Shown here piece by piece: positions 31,200-41,191 of a stretch of 64,000 bases of DNA. A model generated the notes under the pieces. It searched no databases, had not been told where the DNA came from, and worked only from the letters and a program-made list of their open reading frames with translations. The translations under genes and the position numbers were made by a program. The stretch lies in contig CBDHEC010000051.1 in the NCBI GenBank assembly GCA_965261975.1, forward strand, positions 96,001 to 160,000. The letters are read 5' to 3'. This DNA comes from Alphaproteobacteria bacterium. GTDB taxonomy: Bacteria > Pseudomonadota > Alphaproteobacteria > UBA6615. Within the stretch, counting starts at the first letter, position 1, and each line of letters begins with the position of its first letter.

Positions 31200-32183
31200 A
31201 TGGCGACAGCAGCCCTGCGTACCACCCGATTGCGCTCAATTACCTGGCTGGTCCTCGCAGCCGGCGCACTGGCCGCATGCGCGGGCCCGGGTGGCAGGGC
31301 GGAGGTCATCGACAGGAGCTACCGGAGCGACAACAAGCCCGCCGTGCCGTCCGGCGCCTATGTCGTGCAGCGCGGTGATACGGTCTATGGCGTGGCCCAG
31401 CGAAACGGAGTCTCGACCCGGGCCCTGATCGACTGGAACAGGCTTCGCCCGCCATATTTGCTCGTGCCGGGACAGGCACTACGCCTCCCGAGCAGCCGCA
31501 CATACACAGTCCGGCGCGGTGATTCCGTCTATGCCATTTCCCGCCGGTTCGGCGTCGACATGACGACCATCGTCCGGCTGAACAACATCCCGTCGCCCTA
31601 TACGATACATGTTGGCCAACGCCTGCAGTTGCCCGCCAACGCGGCGCCGGAAACGCAAGTAGCCGGTACATCCACGACGTTGGCCGGAAGCACAACCGGC
31701 AGCAAACCGGCGCCAAGGCCGGCGACGGGCTCGTCTGCGGGCCCGGTGGCTAAACCGGCAGCACCGCGCCAGGTCGTGTCCGTCCCGCGCCCGCCGGCAC
31801 GTGCGGGTGACGGTTTCGTCTGGCCGGTGGAGGGCCGGGTCGTCTCGTCGTTCGGGTCGAAGAGCGATGGGCGGCATAATGACGGCCTCAATATCGCGGC
31901 CCCGAGGGGCGCCCCGGTCCGGGCGGCCGAGAACGGCGTCGTTGCTTATGCCGGGAAAGAAATTCGGGGCTTCGGCAACCTTCTGCTGATCAAGCATGAT
32001 GGGGGCCTGATTACCGCCTATGCCCACGCGGATTCACTACTGGTGGCCCGCGGTGACGTGGTCACCCGCGGCCAGGTCATCGCAAAGGTCGGAAAGACCG
32101 GCGGCGTCGATAACCCCCAACTACATTTCGAGGTTCGGCGCGGCACCAAGGCCGTGGACCCCGGACAGTTCCTGCCGAGCTGA
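31200..32183 (+). CDS. nlpD: LysM/M23 peptidase-domain lipoprotein (NlpD/DipM-like)
   Basis: Lipobox LAAC, two LysM repeats (VQRGDTVY, VRRGDSVY), M23 domain (NDGLNI, YAH, LHFEVR). Confidence 0.85.
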   Translation: MATAALRTTRLRSITWLVLAAGALAACAGPGGRAEVIDRSYRSDNKPAVPSGAYVVQRGDTVYGVAQRNGVSTRALIDWNRLRPPYLLVPGQALRLPSSRTYTVRRGDSVYAISRRFGVDMTTIVRLNNIPSPYTIHVGQRLQLPANAAPETQVAGTSTTLAGSTTGSKPAPRPATGSSAGPVAKPAAPRQVVSVPRPPARAGDGFVWPVEGRVVSSFGSKSDGRHNDGLNIAAPRGAPVRAAENGVVAYAGKEIRGFGNLLLIKHDGGLITAYAHADSLLVARGDVVTRGQVIAKVGKTGGVDNPQLHFEVRRGTKAVDPGQFLPS

Positions 32184-32189
32184 GGCCGG

Positions 32190-33080
32190 CTAGTCGCGCA
32201 GATCGATCGGCTTGCCCAACCGGCCGGCGACTTCCTGCACAAATTGCCACGCAACACGACCCGAGCGTGATCCGCGTGTAACCGACCATTCCTTGGCCTC
32301 GGCGCGCAGCTGATCCGGCGCGATATCGAGCTCGAAATGATCGCAATAGGCCAGCACCATGGCGAAGAAGGTGTCCTGGTTGATGTTGTGAAACCCGAGC
32401 CAGAGCCCGAAACGGTCCGACAGGGAGACTTTCTCTTCAACGGCTTCGGACGGGTTGATCGCGGTTGAACGCTCATTTTCCATCATGTCGCGGGGCAGGA
32501 GGTGCCGGCGGTTCGATGTGGCGTAGAAGACAACGTTATCCGGCCGGCCTTCAATGCCGCCTTCGAGCACGGCCTTGAGCGACTTGTAGCTGCTGTCGGA
32601 GTTATCGAAGCTGAGATCGTCACAAAAGATAATTGCCTGACGCCCGCTGTCGCGGAGCGTCGTCAAAAGCGCGGGCAGGGACTGGATGTCCTCGCGATGG
32701 ATTTCCACTAGGAGCAGTCCGTTTTCGGCCTCCTGATTGATTTCCGCATGGGCGGCCTTCACGAGGCTCGACTTGCCAGTACCGCGCGCGCCCCAAAGCA
32801 AGGCGTTGTTGGCGGGCAGGCCATTGGCGAAACGCCGGGTGTTCTCGATCAAGGTGTCCGCCTGGTCATCGATACCCTTCAGGAGGCCCAATGGCACCCG
32901 GTTGACCGCCGGAACCGCCTCAAGATGGCCGGCATCCGGGCCGTCTGCGTGCCAGATATAGGCGTCGGCGGCCGACAGATCTGTCGTTGTTTCCGTTTGC
33001 GGCGCGATGCGGTCCAGCGCGTCGGCGATACGGGCCAGTAGCGGCCCCAAATCCTGATCTTCCATGGGAATTCGTTCCAT
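32190..33080 (-). CDS. DUF815 AAA+ ATP-binding protein
   Basis: NNALLWGARGTGKSS, FCDDLSF, YATSNRRHL, SLSDRFGLWLGF, RSGRVAWQF. Confidence 0.88.
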   Translation of the reverse strand: MERIPMEDQDLGPLLARIADALDRIAPQTETTTDLSAADAYIWHADGPDAGHLEAVPAVNRVPLGLLKGIDDQADTLIENTRRFANGLPANNALLWGARGTGKSSLVKAAHAEINQEAENGLLLVEIHREDIQSLPALLTTLRDSGRQAIIFCDDLSFDNSDSSYKSLKAVLEGGIEGRPDNVVFYATSNRRHLLPRDMMENERSTAINPSEAVEEKVSLSDRFGLWLGFHNINQDTFFAMVLAYCDHFELDIAPDQLRAEAKEWSVTRGSRSGRVAWQFVQEVAGRLGKPIDLRD

Positions 33081-33227
33081 AGGTTTGAGCCCAAATGGCT
33101 GGGCACGAAAGGCGGGCGGAACCTAAGCCCGGACAGGTTCCCGGTCAACGGAGATCACATTTTTGGTTTTCATCGCCGAGAACCCGCATTGTGCCGCGAT
33201 TTCAATGCATTTTGCTGCAAGCCTTCA

Positions 33228-33255
33228 TTGCAATTCGATCCCGCGTCGCTATCAT
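33228..33255 (+). promoter_or_regulatory. Putative sigma70 promoter of yajC-secDF
   Basis: TTGCAA-N16-TATCAT, about 35 nt before the yajC ATG. Confidence 0.4.
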
Positions 33256-33289
33256 CCGGCGACTTCGAGATAAGCGCCCTGGAGGGGAC

Positions 33290-33715
33290 ATGTTCATTAC
33301 GCCGGCCTATGCACAGGGGGTGGGTGGAGGCGATGCGTTCACATCGTTCCTGCCGATCATCCTGATCTTCGTGGTTTTCTATTTCCTGCTGATCCGTCCG
33401 CAGCAAAAGAAGATGAAACAACACCGGGCCATGCTCGGCCAGGTCAAACGCGGTGACCGCGTGCTGACCGGCGGCGGCATTATCGGCACCGTGACCAAGG
33501 TGAAGGAAGAGACCGACGAGGTTACCGTCGAGATTTCCGATGGCGTGAGGGTCGATATCCTTCGCGGGACGATCTCCGATGTCTTCACCTCGGCACCGGC
33601 ATCCGGTGGCGGGCAGACGCCGGGCAAGGGCGGGCCGACAGTCGTGGGCCCGGCTGCCAATGACGGGCAGTCCGGTGGCGGGCTTCTTGGCGGTCTCTTC
33701 GGCGGCCGCAAGTAA
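33290..33715 (+). CDS. yajC: Preprotein translocase subunit YajC
   Basis: MFITPAYAQ, FYFLLIRPQQKK, GDRVLTGGGIIG; GGAGG RBS. Confidence 0.94.
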   Translation: MFITPAYAQGVGGGDAFTSFLPIILIFVVFYFLLIRPQQKKMKQHRAMLGQVKRGDRVLTGGGIIGTVTKVKEETDEVTVEISDGVRVDILRGTISDVFTSAPASGGGQTPGKGGPTVVGPAANDGQSGGGLLGGLFGGRK

Positions 33716-33752
33716 CCTGTTGCCTGTTATCTAACGGGAAGGACCCGCCAGG

Positions 33753-35336
33753 ATGGTCAATTATCCGCGTTGGGCGATTGTCACGACGGTTGTGATAGCG
33801 CTGCTCGGCCTCATCTACGCATCGCCGAACTTCTTTCCTCAGGGGGAAGAAACGGTCGAGACGTCTGAGTCATTCGGGGTGCTGCCGAGCAACCGCATGA
33901 ACCTGGGGCTCGATCTTCAGGGCGGCTCCTCGTTGTTGCTTTCGGTGGGGGTCGATACGGCCATTCGCGAAACCCTCGAAGCCGTTGAATCGTCGGTGCG
34001 TCGTGAACTGCGCCAGCGTGGGTCGCGGATCGGTTATTCGGGGCTCCGCGTGGAGGGCAAGGCGATCGCCTTCACTCTGCGTGACGCCGCGGACAGCGAG
34101 AATGCGAGCGACCGCCTGAGCAACCTCGAAGAGGGGTTCGATCTCGAGGTGGAAGACGGTGTGCGCTTTCGCCTCGTGATGACGGAAGACGCCGAGGCGG
34201 CGCGACGTCAAAGCGCGGTTGAACAGTCCATCGAGATCGTGCGACGCCGGGTGGATGAAACCGGTGTGGCGGAGCCCGTGATCCAGCAACAGGGCCAGGA
34301 CCGAATTCTGGTCCAGCTTCCGGGTATCAAGGATCCGGAGCGGATCAAGCGTCTGCTTGGTCAGACTGCAAAGCTGAACTTCCATATGCTGGATGAGTCG
34401 GTTTCCATCCAGGAGGCGGAGAACGGCGATTTGCCGGCTGGATCGATGCTTCTCTACAGTCCCGAGGAAGAGGGGCGGATACCCTATGTCGTTCGTCGCA
34501 CCGTCGAGGTCGCGGGTGACAGGTTGGTAGACGCACAACCGACATTTCAGGACGGCCAGCCGATTGTTTCGTTCCGGTTCGACGCTTCGGGCGGGCGCCG
34601 CTTCGGTGAACTGACAGCAGAGAATGTCGGCAACCGTCTCGCCATCGTGCTGGACCGCGAGGTTGTCAGCGCACCTCGCATTCAAACGGCGATCCTCGGC
34701 GGCAGCGGCATCATCACCGGCCGATTTACCGTGCAGCAGGTCAACGATCTGGCACTCGTACTTCGGGCGGGTGCCTTGCCGGCGCCGCTCACGGTGCTCG
34801 AGGAGCGCACGGTTGGCCCGGGCCTCGGCGCGGATTCGATCGAGGCCGGCAAAATTGCCAGCGTCATCGGTTTGGTGGCTGTGGTCGTGTTCATCGTCGT
34901 GAGTTACGGACTGTTCGGCCTGATGGCGTCCATCGCGTTGCTGTTCAATCTGTCTCTCATTGTGGCGCTGCTCTCTGTGTTGCAGGCGACCCTGACGCTC
35001 CCGGGTATCGCAGGTATCGTGTTGACCATCGGTATGGCTGTCGACGCGAACGTGCTCATCCTTGAACGGATCAAGGAGGAAGTTCGAAACGGGCGAACGC
35101 CAATATCAGCGATCGATGCGGGCTACCGGCGAGCCCTGACAACAATCATCGATTCGAACCTCACGACCCTCATCGCGGCCATACTGCTGTTTCAGTTCGG
35201 TACTGGGCCGATCAAGGGCTTCGCGGTGACGCTGTCCATCGGGATCATCACGTCAATGTTCACGGCCATGATGCTGACCCGCCTTTTCATCGTCGTCTGG
35301 CTTCGTCGCCGGCGGCCGCAAACCCTGCCGATCTAG
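33753..35336 (+). CDS. secD: Protein translocase subunit SecD
   Basis: LGLDLQGG, RRRVDETGV.EP, GMAVDANVLI, IIDSNLTT, GPIKGFA. Confidence 0.96.
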   Translation: MVNYPRWAIVTTVVIALLGLIYASPNFFPQGEETVETSESFGVLPSNRMNLGLDLQGGSSLLLSVGVDTAIRETLEAVESSVRRELRQRGSRIGYSGLRVEGKAIAFTLRDAADSENASDRLSNLEEGFDLEVEDGVRFRLVMTEDAEAARRQSAVEQSIEIVRRRVDETGVAEPVIQQQGQDRILVQLPGIKDPERIKRLLGQTAKLNFHMLDESVSIQEAENGDLPAGSMLLYSPEEEGRIPYVVRRTVEVAGDRLVDAQPTFQDGQPIVSFRFDASGGRRFGELTAENVGNRLAIVLDREVVSAPRIQTAILGGSGIITGRFTVQQVNDLALVLRAGALPAPLTVLEERTVGPGLGADSIEAGKIASVIGLVAVVVFIVVSYGLFGLMASIALLFNLSLIVALLSVLQATLTLPGIAGIVLTIGMAVDANVLILERIKEEVRNGRTPISAIDAGYRRALTTIIDSNLTTLIAAILLFQFGTGPIKGFAVTLSIGIITSMFTAMMLTRLFIVVWLRRRRPQTLPI

Positions 35337-35346
35337 GGGAAATATC

Positions 35347-36318
35347 GTGCGCCTGAGCATCGTTCCCGCAAATACCAGTTTCGATTTCGTTAGCCGGCGC
35401 CGGCTGGCGTACCCGCTGTCGGCCCTGCTGATCATCCTGTCGGTGGGCGCGTTCCTGACTCAGGGCCTGAATTTCGGTATCGATTTCCGCGGCGGCATCC
35501 TGATCGAGATCAAGACCGAGGGGCCGGCGAATGTCGCCCAATTGCGCGCCACGGTCGGTGGCCTCGGGCTCGGCGAAGTACAAGTCCAGGAATTCGGCGC
35601 CCCCGATGACGTGCTGATCCGGGTCCAGCAGCAGGACGGTTCGGAAGCTGAGCAGATTCAGGCCATTAACATTATCAAGGACGCGCTCGGCGGCCAGGTC
35701 ACGGAGTATCGGCGGACCGAGTTTGTCGGCCCCACCGTCGGCGCCGAACTGATCAGTTCGGCCATCTGGGCTGTCCTTCTCGCGATCGGTGCGATCCTGA
35801 TCTACATCTGGTTCCGTTTCGAATGGCAATTCGGGATCGGGGCTGTCTTTGCGCTGACCCATGATGTGCTCACCACGATCGGGCTGTTCGCGATTACCCA
35901 GCTTGAATTCAACCTGGCGACCGTCGCCGCCATCCTGACCATCGCGGGTTATTCGATCAACGATACCGTCGTGATCTACGACCGTGTGCGCGAGGAACTG
36001 CGTCGCTACAAGAAGCTGGACATGCCCGCTGTTCTCAACATGGCGGTGAACCGGACCCTGTCTCGAACCTTCATGACGAGTGTCACCACGTTGATCGCCC
36101 TGGTTGCGCTCGCCATCTTCGGCGGCACGATCATTCGCGACTTCGCCTATGCGATGATCTGGGGCGTGGTCATCGGCACTTATTCTTCGGTGTTTATTGC
36201 GGTGCCGGTGCTGCTCGGTTTGAAATTGAGTCGCGAAAGCCTGTCGGCAGGCACGGACGAAAGTGATGAGGGCGACGCCGCCACGGACGACATACCGGAC
36301 GCGCCGTCGGACAAGTAA
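35347..36318 (+). CDS. secF: Protein translocase subunit SecF
   Basis: GIDFRGG, VGPTVG, GYSINDTVVIYDRVRE, GTYSSVFIA. Confidence 0.96.
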   Translation: MRLSIVPANTSFDFVSRRRLAYPLSALLIILSVGAFLTQGLNFGIDFRGGILIEIKTEGPANVAQLRATVGGLGLGEVQVQEFGAPDDVLIRVQQQDGSEAEQIQAINIIKDALGGQVTEYRRTEFVGPTVGAELISSAIWAVLLAIGAILIYIWFRFEWQFGIGAVFALTHDVLTTIGLFAITQLEFNLATVAAILTIAGYSINDTVVIYDRVREELRRYKKLDMPAVLNMAVNRTLSRTFMTSVTTLIALVALAIFGGTIIRDFAYAMIWGVVIGTYSSVFIAVPVLLGLKLSRESLSAGTDESDEGDAATDDIPDAPSDK

Positions 36319-36319
36319 T

Positions 36320-36712
36320 ATGCCCGCCGATCCAACAACAGACGCCGCCGTTCACCAGGTTGTCGAGCGTTACGGGGCGGGCAAGTTTCAAATTTCCGGA
36401 CTGACCTACCAAAACTCGGTCCTTGTATTCCCCGAACGGACCGTGGACTGGTCCGTCTCCACATTTGCAGACATCGACGCCGACGCGCTCGCACCGGTCC
36501 TGGCTGAATCAGACGCGTCGTCGGGGATCGAACTTCTGTTGCTCGGGTGCGGGCCCAGAATGGAGTTGGTGAGCCAGGCCCTGCGCGCGCCGCTGCGTGC
36601 CGCAGGGATCGTCATCGAACCGATGGACACAGGGGCCGCAGCACGGACATTCAACCTGCTGTTGTCGGAAGACCGCAGAGTGGCGGCGGCGCTGATCGCG
36701 CTTCCCCAATGA
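36320..36712 (+). CDS. Mth938-like domain protein (NDUFAF3 homolog)
   Basis: YGAGKF, LLLGCG, EPMDTGAAARTFNLLLSEDRRVAAAL. Confidence 0.9.
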   Translation: MPADPTTDAAVHQVVERYGAGKFQISGLTYQNSVLVFPERTVDWSVSTFADIDADALAPVLAESDASSGIELLLLGCGPRMELVSQALRAPLRAAGIVIEPMDTGAAARTFNLLLSEDRRVAAALIALPQ

Positions 36713-36735
36713 AAACGGGGCCCCGAAGGGCCCCG
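36712..36735 (-). terminator. Rho-independent terminator for the puuD-like gene (possibly bidirectional)
   Basis: Minus strand CGGGGCCC-TTCG-GGGCCCCG-TTTT with a UUCG tetraloop. Confidence 0.8.
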
Positions 36736-36759
36736 CAATCACTTACTGCCTTTACTCGA

Positions 36760-37266
36760 TCAGAATGGCGAGTTTTGTGCCGCCACCATGCCGTAGAGCA
36801 TGGGAATCGAAAGCAAGGTGTTGGTGCGTGAGAACAGCATGGCCCGCCGTGCCGACGCCGGTTTGGCTTCGGCCGGTGCGTCCACGATGCCCAGCGCGAT
36901 TTTCTGATTTGGCCAGATCACGAACCAGACATTGAAGGCCATGATGAGGCCGAACCACATCGCAATTCCGATCATTGCGCTGACAAAGCTGCCGTCGGTC
37001 AAACCGATGGCGAGCCAGCTGCCGAGCGTACCCTGCATCCATGCGAGGATGAGGCCGAACAGAACTGTCGATGCCGCACCCCAGCGAAACCAGAACAGGA
37101 CCGCCGGAGCAATATGCTTGCCGATGGCCGGTTTCATCTCGTCGGGAATTTTCGGCATTGTCGGCACCTGGACAAAGTTCAGGTACCAAAGAAGACCAAT
37201 CCACATGACGCCGCTGATGACGTGCAACACACGGATTAGATGTAAGAGGAAAGGATCAAATTCCAT
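36760..37266 (-). CDS. Urate hydroxylase PuuD-like membrane protein (Urate_ox_N domain only, no cytochrome c)
   Basis: RVLHVISGVMWIGLLWYLNFVQ, LFWFRW, IMAFNVWFVIWPNQK, SRTNTLLSIPML; no CxxCH. Confidence 0.8.
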   Translation of the reverse strand: MEFDPFLLHLIRVLHVISGVMWIGLLWYLNFVQVPTMPKIPDEMKPAIGKHIAPAVLFWFRWGAASTVLFGLILAWMQGTLGSWLAIGLTDGSFVSAMIGIAMWFGLIMAFNVWFVIWPNQKIALGIVDAPAEAKPASARRAMLFSRTNTLLSIPMLYGMVAAQNSPF

Positions 37267-37287
37267 TTTTCTATCTCCCTTCCGCGC

Positions 37288-37383
37288 CTAGCTGGCGATC
37301 GCTTGTGCCACGAGCACCATGATGACGGTCATCACGACCCCCAGCACGACAGTCATATGCAGTGATTCCAATGGGTTTTTCAT
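37288..37383 (-). CDS. Unannotated 31-aa single-TM peptide upstream of the puuD-like gene
   Basis: ATG at 37383 after an AGGGGGA RBS; MKNPLESLHMTVVLGVVMTVIMVLVAQAIAS*; stop 21 nt before the next ATG, which has its own GGGAGA RBS. Confidence 0.7.
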   Translation of the reverse strand: MKNPLESLHMTVVLGVVMTVIMVLVAQAIAS

Positions 37384-37484
37384 AGTATCCCCCTGTGCAA
37401 GAACCCGAATCGGACTATAGCAAATTCAACGCGTCGATCCTACGCGAGACACGAAACGCCCAATCAGCGCGGGCGAGGGTACCC

Positions 37485-38327
37485 ATGAACCTCACGGCGA
37501 GCGATCAATATTGTCTGGATGAAGTGCGTCGGCATGATCATGACCGCTACCTGACGGCGCTGTTTTTGCCGCCAGATCGCCGCAAGGCAGCCCTGTCGCT
37601 ATATGCCTTCAGTCTCGAGATCGCCCGCACCCGTGAAATCGTCAGCGAACCGTTGCTCGGTCAAATTCGCCTGCAATGGTGGCGCGAGACGATTGAGGGG
37701 CTGTATGCGGGCTCACCACGTGAACACCCGGTGGTCGAGGCGCTGCAAAACTCGATCCAGGTCCACAAGCTGCAGCGCGATCACCTGGAAGCCCTGATCG
37801 ATGCCCGTGAAGCGGACCTGGAAGACGCCCCGCCACGCGACCTCGCAGCACTTGAAGCCTATGCATGCGAGACATCCGGCGGTCTGTCGGCACTCGTCAT
37901 GCACTGTCTCGACGGTGGCAACCATACCGCCATCGACACCGCTCGGCTTGTCGGCACCGCCTGGGCGATCATTGGCCTGGCGCGCGCGGTCGGGTTCCAC
38001 GCCCAGACCCAACGCCTCTATATCCCCGAAGATCTGCTCAGCGAATATGAGGTCGAGCGCCGCCGGCTGTTCGACCTAAAGCCGTCACCGGGTCTGAACC
38101 AGGCCATCGAAACCATGGTCTCGCGCGCAGACGAACTGCTGCGTGAGGCCCGTGCGCAGTCCGGGGGAATTCCCAAATCGGCGCGACGGGGATTGATGTT
38201 GGCTGGTCTCGCCGACAGGCATATCGCTGTGATCCGGAAAGTCGGGCACGATCCGTTCGCGATTCCGGCGGCACGCCCGGCGCCACTCCTGCGATTGACT
38301 TTGCAAGCCTGGATGGGACGCTATTAA
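37485..38327 (+). CDS. Phytoene/squalene synthase family protein (NDUFAF6-like)
   Basis: VRRHDHDRYLTALF, LYAFSLEIAR, EPLLGQIRLQWWRE, LIDAREADL; no canonical DDxxD. Confidence 0.85.
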   Translation: MNLTASDQYCLDEVRRHDHDRYLTALFLPPDRRKAALSLYAFSLEIARTREIVSEPLLGQIRLQWWRETIEGLYAGSPREHPVVEALQNSIQVHKLQRDHLEALIDAREADLEDAPPRDLAALEAYACETSGGLSALVMHCLDGGNHTAIDTARLVGTAWAIIGLARAVGFHAQTQRLYIPEDLLSEYEVERRRLFDLKPSPGLNQAIETMVSRADELLREARAQSGGIPKSARRGLMLAGLADRHIAVIRKVGHDPFAIPAARPAPLLRLTLQAWMGRY

Positions 38328-38749
38328 TCGGTCGGCGGACCTTTGAGTTCGACGATATTGCCCTCGGGGTCTTTCAGGTAGACGCTGGGCCCGGTGCCGT
38401 CGGCCCCGTAACGCGGGCCTTCCTCGACGATCTCGATATTATGCTCCGCGATATAGGCATGCAGCGCGGCATCGTCGAACCGGTCGATGCGGATGGCGAA
38501 GTGATCTAGGTTTCGGCCTTCCGCGCCCGGTGCCGCACCGCCCTTGCTGCCCAACACGCCGTCGACCGTCACCAGGTCGATCAGCTGGCGACCGGCACGC
38601 AGTTGCAGCAGGTCGAACTCCTTGTTGTGCCGGTCAACCGTGCAACCCAGCAGGTCGCAATAGAAATGCTGCATGGCGTCGAGATCGACGCAGCGGATCA
38701 CCAGATGATCCAGGCCTTCCATTTCAAACGGGGGCGTTGTCATGATCAA
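38324..38749 (-). CDS. VOC family protein (paralog 2)
   Basis: LDHLVIRC...FYCDLLG, NLDHFAI, YLKDPEGNIVELK. Confidence 0.88.
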   Translation of the reverse strand: MIMTTPPFEMEGLDHLVIRCVDLDAMQHFYCDLLGCTVDRHNKEFDLLQLRAGRQLIDLVTVDGVLGSKGGAAPGAEGRNLDHFAIRIDRFDDAALHAYIAEHNIEIVEEGPRYGADGTGPSVYLKDPEGNIVELKGPPTD

Positions 38750-39177
38750 TCATACGCCGGGTCAGGCGGTCCCTTCAGTTCGACCGTGTTGCCTTCGGGG
38801 TCCTTGATGTGAATGCCCGGACCTTCGCCTTCCGCGCCGCCGCGAATGATGGTGGCTCCCAGATCCACACCGCAGCCAGAAAGGTAGGCGCGGATCGCAT
38901 CGTCGTCATAGGGCTCCACCTGGATCGCGAAGTGATCCATGTTATGTCCGTCCTTGCTAGGCGCGGGTCCACCTTTTAGTCCGGAAGGTTCATTGACGGG
39001 CATCAGGTCGACGATGTGATCGCCGATACGCACCTGATAGAGGCCGATGTCGGTGTCTTCCTCCTGCATCGTCCCGCCCAGCACATCGCAGTAGAAATGC
39101 TTCATCGCCGCCAGATCGACACATCGGATGACGACATGATCGAGGCCCTTCATTGCAAACGGGGCATTGACGCTCAT
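38746..39177 (-). CDS. VOC family protein (paralog 1)
   Basis: LDHVVIRC...FYCDVLG, NMDHFAI, IKDPEGNTVELK. Confidence 0.88.
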   Translation of the reverse strand: MSVNAPFAMKGLDHVVIRCVDLAAMKHFYCDVLGGTMQEEDTDIGLYQVRIGDHIVDLMPVNEPSGLKGGPAPSKDGHNMDHFAIQVEPYDDDAIRAYLSGCGVDLGATIIRGGAEGEGPGIHIKDPEGNTVELKGPPDPAYD

Positions 39178-39803
39178 TCGCTCTTCCTCCGGGCGCGCAG
39201 GCGGATCACGCTCGCCGGGCCGCCGTGGCGCTCGCTCGCTGGCAGCTCTGTCTCGAGCGCTTCGAGATGTTCGAAATCGAGCAGGCCTGCGAAGTCGTCT
39301 CGTAGCCGGTCTTCGGTGAACATCATTCGCGTATCCTTCGGTCCCCCTTTGCCCCGGCCCAGATGATCGGGCGTAAAGCCCTCGAGAAGCAAGAGGCCGC
39401 CTGGCTTGAGTGTGCCCGCAAGCTTGCGATGTATTTCCGCGCGATCATCCGGCCCGACGTGAAGAAATGCCGAAACGACAACATCAAAGGCGGCCTCAGG
39501 CGCGTTCCAGTCGCGCAAGTCAGCCATCTGGATGTCGAGATCGACATCGCGTTCCGCGGCGAGCTTTCTGGCCTTTCGGATCCCGACAGCCGAGGCGTCG
39601 ACCGCGGTGACGATAAGCCCGTGCTGCGCCAACCACACCCCGTTACGGCCTTCGCCGTCACCCGGCACCAACGCCCGCATCTTCGGTTTCAGGAGTGCCG
39701 CATTCTCGGCCATCCAGACATTCGGCTCATGACCGAAGACATAGTCATCGCCTTCGTAGCGTTGATCCCAGAAGGAGCCGGGGGTGTCGCCGGGATTGGG
39801 CAT
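39174..39803 (-). CDS. Class I SAM-dependent methyltransferase (TehB-like)
   Basis: FWDQRY, FGHEPN, PGDGEGRNGVWLA, LKPGG. Confidence 0.85.
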   Translation of the reverse strand: MPNPGDTPGSFWDQRYEGDDYVFGHEPNVWMAENAALLKPKMRALVPGDGEGRNGVWLAQHGLIVTAVDASAVGIRKARKLAAERDVDLDIQMADLRDWNAPEAAFDVVVSAFLHVGPDDRAEIHRKLAGTLKPGGLLLLEGFTPDHLGRGKGGPKDTRMMFTEDRLRDDFAGLLDFEHLEALETELPASERHGGPASVIRLRARRKSE

Positions 39804-39805
39804 GG

Positions 39806-41191
39806 CTACTCCGCCGCCAGCGGCGTGTCGCTGAACCAGACCGCGATGTCCGAAAGCGCGCGGCGCGACATCAGCCGGCGACGTTCCTTCTTGCGTTCCT
39901 TGCGCTTGATATCGGCCAGCGCGCCATCTTCCAGCGGCGGGATCAGCCCGAAGTTTACATTCATCGGCTGGAACGTCTCATCGTCGGCGCCGCCCGTCAC
40001 ATGTGCCAGCAACGCGCCATGCGCCGTTGTTTCGGGCGGCGGCGTGACGGCTTCTCCATGGCGTTCGGCGGCGGCGAAACGTCCGGCCAGCAAGCCCATG
40101 GCCGCACTCTCCACGTAACCCTCGACGCCCGTCACCTGACCGGCGAAGCGCATGCGGGGCTGCGCCTTCAGGCGCAGGGACCGGTCGAGCAGGCGTGGGG
40201 AGTTCATGAAGGTGTTCCGGTGGATGCCGCCGAGACGGGCAAACTCCGCATTCTCCAGCCCTGGAATGGTCCGGAATATCTCCTGTTGGGGGCCGTAACG
40301 CAGCTTGGTCTGGAAGCCGACCATGTTGAACAGCGTGCCCAGCGCGTTGTCCTGGCGCAGCTGAACGACGGCGTGGGCGCGGGTGCCCGTATTCGGGTCC
40401 GTCAGCCCAACTGGCTTCATGGGCCCGAACCGCAGGGTGTCCCGGCCCCGCGAGGCCATCACTTCGATCGGCAGGCAACCCTCGAAATAGGGCGTGTTCT
40501 TCTCCCATTCGTGGAAGTCGACCTTTTCGGCCTCCAGCAACGCGTCGATGAAGCCCTCGAACTGGGCCTCGTTCATGGGGCAGTTGATGTAATCCTTGCC
40601 GGTGCCGCCGGGGCCCGGCTTGTCGTAGCGGGACTGGAACCAGGCGATATCCATGTCGATGCTCTCGGCATGAATGATCGGCGCGATCGCGTCGAAGAAG
40701 GCCAGGTTCTCCTCGCCGGTCAGGTCGAGGATCGCCTTGCTGAGGTCCGGTGAGGTGAGGGGGCCCGTCGCGACGATGACGTTGTCCCAGTCCTCGGGCG
40801 GCAGGCCGGCGACCTCGCCGCGCGCCACCTCGATCAGCGGATGGTCCTTGATCGCCGTCGTGACCTGTGCGGCAAACCCTTCGCGGTCGACCGCAAGGGC
40901 GCTGCCGGCGGGCACCCGGTTCGCATCCGCCGCAGCCATGATCAGCGATCCGAGTATGCGCATTTCTGCATGGAGGATGCCGACCGCGTTACCCTCGGCA
41001 TCATCGGAACGAAACGAGTTCGAACAGACCAGTTCGGCGAGGCTGTCGGTCTGATGGGCGTCCGTGGCCCGGTCGGGGCGCATCTCGTGCAGGATGACGG
41101 GAACCTGCGCGCGCGCGAGCTGCCAGGCCGCCTCGCTGCCCGCGAGACCGCCACCAACCACATGTACGGGGGAAATATCTGACTTGCTCAT
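39806..41191 (-). CDS. trmFO: Methylenetetrahydrofolate--tRNA-(uracil-5)-methyltransferase TrmFO (Gid)
   Basis: [55 protein letters not shown]. Confidence 0.96.
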   Translation of the reverse strand: MSKSDISPVHVVGGGLAGSEAAWQLARAQVPVILHEMRPDRATDAHQTDSLAELVCSNSFRSDDAEGNAVGILHAEMRILGSLIMAAADANRVPAGSALAVDREGFAAQVTTAIKDHPLIEVARGEVAGLPPEDWDNVIVATGPLTSPDLSKAILDLTGEENLAFFDAIAPIIHAESIDMDIAWFQSRYDKPGPGGTGKDYINCPMNEAQFEGFIDALLEAEKVDFHEWEKNTPYFEGCLPIEVMASRGRDTLRFGPMKPVGLTDPNTGTRAHAVVQLRQDNALGTLFNMVGFQTKLRYGPQQEIFRTIPGLENAEFARLGGIHRNTFMNSPRLLDRSLRLKAQPRMRFAGQVTGVEGYVESAAMGLLAGRFAAAERHGEAVTPPPETTAHGALLAHVTGGADDETFQPMNVNFGLIPPLEDGALADIKRKERKKERRRLMSRRALSDIAVWFSDTPLAAE

